DNA from: Ascidiella aspersa
Lineage: Eukaryota
DNA: 64,000 nucleotides
Direction of reading: 5' to 3'
NCBI GenBank assembly: GCA_963924565.1
Contig: OZ004612.1
Location: forward strand, 14,570,001-14,634,000
Numbering within the stretch: the stretch's first letter is position 1; each line of letters starts with the position of its first letter. The notes under the pieces were generated by a model that saw only the letters and a program-made list of their open reading frames with translations, was not told where the DNA came from and ran no database searches. Positions 13,601 through 25,600 of this stretch are shown piece by piece. Both the position numbers and the translations under genes were made by a program.

Positions 13601-16600
13601 GAGAGTCGTTTTCCATAAATATACTTAGTTTGTTTGAATTGATTTTTTGATATATTGCAATATTAAACCTCTCGCCCTGCTCTATATCAACGTCATCAAG
13701 GTTTTCTTGGCTTCAATATAAGTATATCTAAATATAGGAAATGCATTTCTATGCTCATTTCGACCCCAAGAACTTGTGTTTTGGTCCACATTTGTTTCAC
13801 AAGTATCTTTAAATGAAATATCATGTGCTTAGAAAAAATCCTTGTTGTTGTTGTAAAGCAGGAAACAAAACATCTTAGTTCGAATATTTTGATAAACAAA
13901 CGTAAATAAACTTATTATTCAGCTGTATAGTGTTACTTTATAGGTTTTCTTGTATGAACCTTTTCAATGTTAAATATCTTATTGAAGTAACCAGAAATTA
14001 TACAGTTATATAGTTTATATACCAAGCCTTTATATCTAATAATACGTAAGCCGTAAACATTGCTCACAAAACAGCTTCAGAAGGGCCAGCCCACAGTTGT
14101 TGAACACACACATGTGTGTATTTTTTATTTCTTTACATCCGAATTGACCTGTTTTCATAAAAGGCAGGGTTTTGAAAGAGTTAACCCGGCGGCCCGGATT
14201 TTGCCATATTTAGTGACCCCGGCTTAAGATGCAACAATAAATGAAGAACATTTTAATCATTAAACAATATATGCAGTGTAATCAAATGTTTTAAACAAGA
14301 TAATTTTGTGTCAAATCGAGGTATAGGTTTACCAAAGAAATTTAATTAACAAGTTATTTTGATTAGTACGTCAATATTCTTTTTTTGTAAATTCATCACA
14401 TTTTTTTAAGATTTTTGAAAATCTGAAACCATGGGTAACCAAGCCTGTTGAATTAATAGATAATCACCCTGTGAGCCACTTTTCCAATACAAAATTGTGG
14501 CTTTTCACAGGATTAGATTTTATTGAGAATATATATATACCCAAAAGACACAAATCAGTTACGAAACAGTTAATTGTTTAATTTTTTTTTAAATGTATTG
14601 TCTTTTAGTAACAAAATAGCCTTCATACGAGCAAAAGACTTCACAACGTTGATCAAATTACAACAGTTGTTCATTTACTCCAACAACATATACACTGTTG
14701 AAAATGGGGCTTTTCCGTCAAATTTAACGACGTTACATATGAGCGCGAACATGTTTAATTTTAAGGTATTTTGTTTTACATGACGAATAATATATTTTCT
14801 TTGAGATTCTGTGTATGTGTTTATCTATAACAGGATTGACCAACCTTTTCATCGCGCCGGTCGGAAACACGACCTTAATTCTTAAAAAAAATAAACCAGT
14901 GTTGCATATATTTAATTATTTGCTAAATTCAAAGTTTTTAGACGATTTACAAATTTGGATTTTCCAATTTTAAGAACATAAGTAGTATACAAATTCTGCA
15001 GCATTTTTTATGGGATTACTGTAGTTCAACAAGAAGCTTTTCAGCATGGGTGTCCAAGGTGTGCAGAATTTTTATGCTGCGAGCTCTTAATTTCCCCTTA
15101 AGGATCGACATCCTTTACGTTTCACAGCGACGCACAAAATGCTTTAAGTTGCCTGCCTTTCTGTGCGCATTTGTTGAAGTACAATAGATTTATCCTTTAC
15201 TGAAAATGATTTATAACAATTCATATTTTTTAGAGACAAGTGGGTCATAAAATATCTGTGGTGGTGGGTCACTTCGTCACCCGCGGTTCAGCGGTCCGCC
15301 ATCCCTGATCTATAAAAACGATTTTAAACATAAATACAAATAAAGGGTAAAGTGTTTTCCCATATTTTTAGCACAACACAAGCTTCAACAATCTGACTTT
15401 ACTTACGTCACTTTACCTTGACCATAATCGAATCGATCACTTGCCCAGAGATGCTTTTTGGGGTCTTGATCGTTTATCTCGACTAGGACTCCACAACAAC
15501 CGCATTCCGTTTCTTCCAAAGGAGTTTCTTCGCGACAGCACATCTGTATTATTTCTGTAAGAACCTCAACCATGATTTTATTTAATGCTGTACCTTGTCG
15601 GTGTATGCTGTACCTTGTCGGTGGTGAAAAAGATTCTCTATAATGTTTTACCTTAGAAATGTCCTGCCGTTTATTGGTAATGTATTACAGAAGGTCGTAA
15701 AAATTTAGTAAGGTTTAGTTACATCCCATATCTTTTTAATTGTGCATTTCATCCATTGTTTACGATCTGACTCTGCGTATGTTTTTCTGAAAGGTTTTTA
15801 TTTTAATACACAAACGTAACTAAGTCCCGACGATAATGCAAATGTTAACTTCAAAATTGTATTTTTCTCACTATGTTTTTGTCTTTATTATTATTTGTCT
15901 TGTTCTAGTTCTCTAAGTTCCAACGAGATAACATTCATTGAAGCAAGTGCACTGACAAGACATACTTGGAACGGAATATCAATACAATTGTCCCACAATT
16001 GGATAGTTCACTTTCCATCACAAAACGTAGGATAATGTATACGTAATGTTTATACTGATATAGTAACAAAATGTTAATTCTTTAAAATTAATTGTTGGTT
16101 TAAGATAAATTTGTTTTCTTTTCCTAGGTTGATGCGCTTTCAAACCGAACATTAACATATTTGCAGTTGAACTACAACCGAATTGAAAGAATACAGAGTT
16201 TCTCGTTTCGCAATATACAATTTTCACTATCTACAATTTCAATTTTCACAGGCCTGGACCTTTCAAACAGTAAAATATCAACGATTGAATCAAATGCGTT
16301 GACTTCAACTACTTCAGGTTATTAACATTGGTATTGAAAATTTTTCAACTCCTAAATTGTAAAAATTAAACCTAAATCGATAAATCTTTGCGCAACCCCG
16401 TGTTTACTAAACGCGTAAAGCATTTCTCGTTATAATAGTAAAGTTTAATGTAATTCGAATATGCTAGCAGGCATTTTTAAAAGCGAGATATTTAGATAAC
16501 AAACTAAAGAAAAGTCAGCCATTTATAAAAGAACTATGTTAAATAGTTGATTGGTAACCTACTACCTTATCGATATTAATTTTAGTTATTTAATTTTAAA

Positions 16601-19600
16601 AAATATGTTAATACAACAAATAGGTTTACGTATTACAAATATCTAAGTTCAATGTTCTGGTGTATTTATCTTTTTGTTAATAGAAAAGTGTTAGTTTTTT
16701 ATTTTTTTCGATATGATTAATGTGAAAGAGCCTCATCACTAAGTTTTGAAACGATACTGTTTTACAGGAATAATAAATCTCAATGGAAATGTGTTGAAGG
16801 ATATTCGCACAGAAGCGTTTGTTAACGTTGAGGCGACACATTTTTACATGCAAAACATTTTAGACGAGTCTCTACCGACGTGCCTTTTTCAAAGTTCTAC
16901 AGTTAATTATCTTTACATGAACTCAGGATTTATTACAAATCTAAGCCCAACGGTAATTTAGCATTATCAATGTTTTGAAGGCCAGCGAGTTTTGGTTTAT
17001 CTTAAATGTTTAACAGTTTGCACATTTTCTGTTTGTCAACAGGGAGGCGTAAATCCAAGAAAAGCGTTCAATTCGAGTTTATGCCAATATGAAGTTAACT
17101 GTTATTATAACTAAAGTTCATACGTAAAAATACTCGCCATCATGGAATATAAGTTCTCATAGAAAATTGATTTTTAATTTCACGGAATTTTAGATGGCAT
17201 CTTTACGTTTCCTATAAATGAGTTTTTGTTTTGTCATTTCATTGTTTGTAGCATCTATTGCTTTAAACATTTCATTACCGCCTTGTTAGCTTTAAATTGT
17301 TTGTTGGATTTTTGTTCTATACCAACAGGTTTTTTGCGCCATCACTGTATCCCAAACACTTCATTTGGAAAGTAACCAAATTACAGCAATTTCGTCGCCA
17401 CTCTTTAGCTACAGCAGCTATGTTTATCGTTTGAACTTGCAAGGCAACGCGATTACAGAACTATCGGAAACTGCATTTGACGGAGCTTCGATTACTATTT
17501 TACATCTGGAATATAACCAAATCGTAAAAAATTCATTTGCTAGTTTAATAATTTTTAATAGCGTCATGGTTCTTGTTTCGGTCTAAAATGAAATCATGAT
17601 ATTTTTCATGTTACTGTAGGTTTTTTCAAAACGTTAGCTTTATCTGGGCACCGTAACTAAATGTTATCTTAAATTTAGGATTTTATGAAACACTTGTAGT
17701 GCTATAAATAGACAGTCAAAAATGAATCTTTAAAATAGGCGGAACTTCCAGACGAACTGAAAGTCAATGGTCTTCAGAGGCTAAATTTAACCTCGAATCT
17801 CATTGTACGCTTAAGACCGGTAGGATATCCCTAGTTATTTAGTATACAACAATCCGCATATGATATAACGTATACCCTAATTTCACAGGGAGTTTTCAAC
17901 AATCTTACCAACTTACGATATCTATACATGGATAACAATCAAATAACCGTGCTCCGATCGGAATTGTTTGACAGTCAAAGTTCTTTAGAAATTTTGTCAT
18001 TTACAAATAACGACATTACGGTGCTTGAGACCGGATTTTTCAGGTGCAACAGGGGGCGTGGCCTTATTTTGCACAATGTGCGCAAAAATGTGCAAGCCAA
18101 AATGTGCAAAAAATGTGCGCACATTTTAAACTGTCTTCAAAAATGTGCGCACTTTTTCAACAATGTGCGCACATTTTGAACTGCCCGCAAAAATGTGCGC
18201 ACTTTTTTCAACAATGTGCTAAACTGCCCGCAAAAATGTGCGCACTTTTTTTTTTTTAGTTGGAGTTGGAGTTGGAGTTGGAGTTAGAGTTAGCTAAACT
18301 ATGTACTCTAAGTCTGACCCTAATTAATTCTAACTATAACCTAAAAATGTGGGCACATTTTGAAGGCATTTTAAAATGTGCGCACATTGTTGAAAAAGTG
18401 CACACATTGTTAAAAAAGTGCGCACATTTTTGAAGGCAGTTCAATATGTGCGTAATTGTTAAAGAAAAGTGCGCACATTTTTGAAGCCAATTTAAAATGT
18501 GCGCACATTGTGAAAAAAAGTGCGCACATTTTTAAAGGCGGTTCAAAATGTGCACACATTGTTAAAAAAGTGCGCACATTTTTGAAGACAGTTCAAAATG
18601 TGCGCACATTGTTAAAGAAAAGTGCGCACCTTTTTGAAGGCAGTTCAAAATGTGCGCACATTGTTGAAAAAGTGCACACATTGTTAAAAAAAGTGCGCAC
18701 ATTTTTGAAGGCAGTTCAATATGTGCGCACATTGTTAAAGAAAAGTGCGCAATTTTTTGAAGGCAGTTTAAAATGTGCGCACATTGTGAAAAAAGTGCGC
18801 ACATTTTTGAAGCTATTTTAAAATGTGCGCTCATTTTTTGCACATTTTGGCGTGCACATTTTTGCGCACATTGTGCAAAAAATGTTCGCATCCCCGTCTC
18901 TTCAGGTGGCTAACCATAATCTTTTATTATTATACTACAAAGTTTAATATCATTGAAATTTTAAATATACATAATATCATTTCTATGTAATGTTATTAAT
19001 TTAATTATTTATTTTCAAATTATTTCAAAGTAAGCGCATTTAATCTTACATAACCCCTTTTTTTCAGCTTATCTGGCTTTCAAGCTTTGCGCACACTGTA
19101 CCTTGGTGGAAATCAAATAAAGCACATACCGCACTTGGGAAATTTAGTGAACCTACGTTGGTTGTACTTGGACAGCAATCCTGATTTAAAGACCTTCGAG
19201 ATTGGATCCCTGGACAGCGTATCAAACGACTTTGCCACTCTAGGACTTAGTGGTGTCGAGCTTTCTTGCAAGTAAGTATATTTATCGCAGTGTTGCTTAA
19301 CCCTTTTCACTCAGGCGCACCTTGTATCCAGCGGGGAAAGTAGAATAATTTTATTTCCGGAACGATGAACAAATGTCAGAAGTGACGTCACAAAGTTCAT
19401 ACTAAGCATCTAACATAAGTAACCAAATGAAACCAGAGGTTATCGTTTAATGTATTACATAAATATCAGTTTAAACACATTCAAAGAGATGGCGGAATAG
19501 CTTGGCGTAAAAAAAGACATTCAAAATTTCTTTAAGAAAACGCTGTTCCGAACCCTTCTAGCCTACAAACACCATGCTGTGTGTATCTCCAAAAATTGAT

Positions 19601-22600
19601 AGAACAACTGGTGTGCTATTGAAGCGAGCGCGGGATTTAGTGGCCTCCAGGGTCATTTTATGTCAATTCACCAGGCCATAGAAACCATGGTTTTGAAATG
19701 CTTAAAATTGTTTCAATTTTTTAAGAACAAGCCTTTTTGAAAAAAATTGACTTATTAATTTTTCTGAAACTCGGACGTATGACGTTTTTCGTAATCCACT
19801 TTTTCGTTAATTAAAGTGTAACTGAAACATATAACTTTATTTCTTGTCCAAGAATGGCATTTTATTAAAATGGAAACGTCATTTTTCTCAAAAACTGTAA
19901 TTTTAAGAAATCTGACAGTGATGTAATGACTTGAGTCATTTTTTGACAAAAGTGCACTAAAGTCGCTGTTTTTAAATTACTTGACTTGACTTAATTTGTT
20001 CGACCAAAATGACTTTACTTGAGTCTTTTGGACAAATAACTTGACTTGGACTTAAGTCATTTCGTCGAATAACTTTGGATTAAATTAAGTGTTTTTGTTT
20101 AGAATTTATCTCGAATTTTTGCGCATTAAACACTTTTCGTGTTTCGTTAATGTTATTTTTAATTGATTTATTACCCAAGTTTACCAATTTTAAAAGCTTG
20201 GATTTGACTTGGACAACCTATATGCCTTGGTGTGGGACTTGACTTGTTATGTTTTCAAAAGACTTGACTTGGACTTCTTGGACTTAAGTTATATTTCAAA
20301 TGACTTGACTTGGACTTATTGCAAGTCATTTCAAAATGTTTGTTTACAACACTGGAGTCTGAAACCATGTGTTATGGCCTTGTAATATGAGAATATCTCT
20401 TCCCTTGGGGAATTAATAAATATATATATATATATTTATTTTCTACTTATGTGTTATCGTTTTGTTATGTTTGACAACTTATTAGAGCCGTTTTAACATA
20501 AGGCTTTAAAAAAACACCTTAAATTTCAGCTGTGATATGATCAACACGCTTTATCCAGTGGAGCAAGCAATCGTAGGTGGAAAATGTGAACAGCAAGGTG
20601 TCAGTCTCTCATCGCTTAAAATGACTATAAATGTCACAGAAAATCTATTTTTGTGCAGGTGATTTTTAAGTTGTTTTTTATTTCAACAGAAACATTAATT
20701 TAAAACAAAAATCCTTGATCCGGCAGTGCTTTTTATGTTTTAAATTAAAATTTAAACACTTTTAAAGAACCAAGATATATTTCGATAAACAAAAGGGTTG
20801 TTGATTTGGAACTTTTGCTAGAGTCTGATTGTACGTTTCTCCGTTCAGTGGTGAAAATTACAGCGCCTACGTAACAAAGGATAAAGAGTTGTCTCTAACT
20901 TGGTCACAACCAAGCAATCTCTTCTACCAATTATCCAACACATCAGGTGATTGGACCGTGGAACCCGTTTTAGAGCCGGTATCACTGGAGCAGGGCGTTG
21001 ACTGCTCATGCAGGTAAATTAGACGTAGAACAGCTCTTTGTACAAAACTAAAAGTGTGATTAATCGCAGGCTTTTATCTTGAAGCTATATCGTTTTCATT
21101 TGGTATAAAACAATATCATAAAAATAAAATTATAGTTTCACAACAGATAAGTGTTTGAAAGTTGTTACTAATTGTGGAGTTGTTAATATGTAATACTGTG
21201 TTGCATAGAATTTTTTTGTGAGACTTTTATGACGTATTCCTGTCCGAGTATAAGCGCGACTCTCCCAGTACCGGTAGTAGGTTATTTATTGCTTGTAATA
21301 GGTGCACTGCCAGTAAATACTACACTAATCAACACTAAAACGATAAATAATGTAATTATGTTTGAAATGTTAATTGTATATTCACGTTGAAAACATATTA
21401 ATAAAATACAGAGAGCTTGTGGCAAATTCATCTATAATCAACTCTACTGCACTACTCAACGAGACTGCGACAAACGGAACATTCTTCACGAACGCTAACA
21501 TGGACTGTTTGAATTCAACCACATCAACAGAAAACGCCACCAATCCAAGTAGTTGTTACGTTAAACTTATTGTTTAGCTAATAAAGGAACTATCAAAGCT
21601 TATAAAGTGTCAAAATATAAAAAGGTTTACAATATTTTATAGATTGTTCAGCTGCATTTAATGAAACAGTTGTCGTATGCGGCACCCACTGGAGTACTTC
21701 TCAAGAATGCATCGACGAAATGATGTAAGTAATCTTAGTCATAAAAATAGTATCGTTGTACAATGTTTTAACTAAATTCATTCATAGTAAAAAGAGCATA
21801 CCTCATAAATAATTTTATCGCAAATTAGTGAGTCATCAATGTTTTATTTACAATGTCATAAATACTTAATCTTCGTATATGGCCGTATGTGTCTAATTCT
21901 AAATAGAGGAATCAGGTGGCACTGTATAAAGACAAATTGTATTTGTTTCTCGACAAGCTTTGCACAACCGTGCTTCATCAGGTCAAAGTATAAATGAAAA
22001 CAATTGAAATGCACGTAAAAGCACAAGCGCAAGTAAAAGGCGATAAGAATGGTGATGTCTAACATATCCACAGGCACATGTTCGCAAAAGCGTGTTACTG
22101 ACGCAAAAACAATTATACTACGAGGCCTGCGCTTCAAGGTACGATGGGTGTAGTACAGCCTGCTATGAGGTGTAGTGTGACATAAAGCCCAAATCCCGAA
22201 GTCCGACATTGATGGCATCGAACTTTTTAATTATGTTTTGTTCGACTGTCGCCTGCGGCACACTAAAAATATCAAAATTAATTCAAGGCACACTTTTTAC
22301 AAAATATCACAATAATAACTTAACAATCCGAGCAACTTTTTAATCTCTCCAGCACACAGTTTTAATCACTGAACTAACCTATTAAATAATTTAACAAATA
22401 AAAAGCTCATTTGTTTGTTTTGCAATGAATAGTAGTATTATTCAAATGGCCTTCTATATAACAAAGTAACCGGTAAATACCTTATTAGTTTTATCTAATT
22501 ATAATGGGTATAGGTGAAGTCTTGAGTGCATTGCCGGCATATTAGTAATACAAATAGTGATTTTTAGCAAAATCACACTAATTCAGTCGCAAACTTAACA

Positions 22601-25600
22601 ATCTCTCGCAACACACTATAGTGTACCGCGGCACACAGTTAACCAATCACTGCTGTTCAGTGTACACTATTAGGCAAAATATGCACGTATCATTGTTGGT
22701 AACAAGGCGTTTTGAAATGATTTAGGTCGAAGTCAAGTCTTCTGCCAAAAATGTACCAGTATAAGTCATCAGTTGACAAGGTCAATTCCCGGTCAAGTCA
22801 TTATAAGAGAAAGTCAACTTCAAGCCAAGTCATTGATATAAAGTTATGACGTTGAACTAATAAAATGAATAAACTCGTACGATTATGAGCAGTAAACATG
22901 ACTAAAATTAACAAAAACGCAATATAGGCCTACAGCAAAGTCCATGTAAAGCTATTTTTTAAAAAGTATCAACTTAAGTAAGTTAAGTCATTTTGGTCAA
23001 AAGACTTGAGTCAAGTCAACTCATTTAAAAACAGTGACTTATATCCACTCAAGTAATCTCATTGACTAAAAACATTTCAACACTGAAAAAGTACTGTACT
23101 GAACAATATGTTCCGATTTATAAGAAATGCCCTTTTTTAAAATATTACTATCGATAACGGCTCACATATCACCATTAGTAGAGTGGGAATAATTTAGCAA
23201 CAACAATAGACTGGTGCCTTATCGTAGGAATTTACTGGCCAATGTAAATATCGCAGATCTTACAGTGTCAAGTGCTCATCAGAAGGTTCGTCGTTTACTT
23301 ACAACGTTACAAACACGACACTTCTTATTAAAGAGCCTCAACCGGGGTCAACTTACCAATGCACAGTTAGTCTTTTGTATAACAATACTGAAAGCTCACC
23401 AACAGCTATTATATGGCTACAAGTTCCTGAACTCGAACTAGGTTAGTACAGATTAAACTTAAATTCATTATTAAAAAATAGGTGTTTTAGTCGCTAGTTG
23501 ATGTATTTCTAGTTTCGATCCGAAGCTGCGATAATAATTAAATGCGATACGCTAAAACTTGATAAAATCTACCTTAACGATAATTCGGTAAACCTCGGTT
23601 CAGTTTTTGGCAAATAGTAATTCATTTTTCCTTCGTACTAAAATTTATCAAACTATTAAATCGTTTTAAATTAATAAAAATCGATAATTTTTTATACCTG
23701 GCCCGCAATCGTAAATGCTAACAGTTATTTGCCTCGCGATGGTCAGGCCTTACATTTATCTAGCTAATTATGAAAAAAGATTAGTTATCCCTGCACTAAT
23801 ATACTATTAACTTATTTTATTAGTGAAAACAGCACATTTTAATAACTTAATTTGCATTCAGCTGAATCGTGTAACAACACGAAATTGTGGAAATTGCCGG
23901 TTACCTATTATGATTTTAGTAAGCTACATCCAGATTTTGGAAATAACCCAGTTACAAGTCCTTCGTCCTTTTTCTACATAGCCAGGTGTTTATATGTGGT
24001 TTGCTGTTTGCGATGATCGTTTGCTTAACTATTATTTTACGAAACATGTTAAATTGCCTATAAACTTTTAGCCCTGTAACTGTTTGGTTGGCCGACCTTG
24101 ACAATCCGAACAACACTGGATTTCAGGATTGGTTCCGGAATGTTTCTGGAATAAACTTTGTCTACCAAGAGCTGTTGTACCTAAAATCCTGTGAAGACAA
24201 TGGTTCATATAGGTTTGTGCAGTCTCACAATTAACAAATAAAGTACTCTAGTTTAAAAAATGAAATCATTTACCAGGTGTTACCAAAATGCTGACCTAAT
24301 AGCTATTGAGTTCTTATACACTTGTCGCAGAAAACGCTTGTTTATATTGGCAACAGCCGTCAATTATAGGCTACTAACTTTATATGCTAAGTGTTATGAT
24401 TCATTTTTTAACTGAACGTTTATCTTACAGCAATAATAAATAAATTAAAATTCTTCTAATAATATAGATACTTTAACTCCACGTACTATCCATTGGATTT
24501 CGTTGGTTACCAGCATGAATCCCAAAGAAACTGCAGCGATGAGTTACACAACATGGGGTAGGTTATATTGCAATATACACAAGTTTTAGTAGTTCCAAAA
24601 ACAATCCCAAACTAAAAAATTCAATTTCACGTAAAATCTGTGTGAAACGTCAACTACAGATTTTGTGTGATACAACAACTAACACTTTTTTTGAGAGAGA
24701 AATAAAACAACGGCAAAAAAGATAATATGTTACAGATTTACAAGTGCAATTAGGACGGCATTCACTTACGAAGGACCAATGGCAATAACTTTGGGGGGTG
24801 GCGAATACATGTTTCTTTTTATCGGCACTAAGTTGGTCGCGACATACGCCAGCAGTGGGAACAATCTTATAACTGAATGTGTCATGTTAAACGTTGGCCT
24901 CAACGAGCGCGGTAAATACGTTGCATTTATTTTTTATTATCATTTTTTAATAGCCGTAAATGTAATACGTAGTTTGTTACACTCCTAAAGGTTTATTGAA
25001 AGTCGAGAGAAGTTTTGGGAACATAAGGAATCAAACATGCGTCACTGAAAGCAGTGAATTTATCAGTTTTGATCTAGAACTACAGGTAAAACTAATCTCT
25101 TTTGGAAGATTTAGCAAATGTATATCCGATAAGATATTGATATATGTATAAAGATATCGTTGGGGAACAGTGCTTTAAATGGGTACACATATGTTGTTGG
25201 AAACAATTCGATGTGGAAATATGGATAAATGAACATTAATTGTAATTATTTGATACCCGTACCATAAAAATAAATTAGATAAAGTATAAGTTGCATAATT
25301 GTAATTATTTGTGATTACATATAGATAGGCGACGTTTATCAATTTGACTTGTTTCATGTTGAGCGAGATTCTTGCTCGTCTGAGTTTCTATTTGAAACAC
25401 TAAATGTACAGTTTTCAGAGGAATTTTTAAACGAAAGTACTGAAATCATCTCAGGTGAAATTGTTTTATACTTTTTATTTTCAATACTAATAATATTAAA
25501 AAAATGCTGCTTTTTAGGGACGGATTCAGCTGTAACATCAACGGCCATCCCACTAGAGACAACCACTACTAATGTCGTTGCGACTACCGTAACAAATGGT

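Noticed and set aside
18044-18891. Repetitive ORFs (KCAHI/KMCAL) on both strands; superficially a CRISPR-like or repeat-protein array
   Set aside because: They arise from the foldback element's tandem palindromes; there are no unique spacers and the context is a eukaryotic intron.
21856-22640. 120-aa minus-strand ORF / possible hAT transposase relic
   Set aside because: The ORF is unrecognisable; only faint Charlie-like traces and MITE ends, too decayed to delimit.
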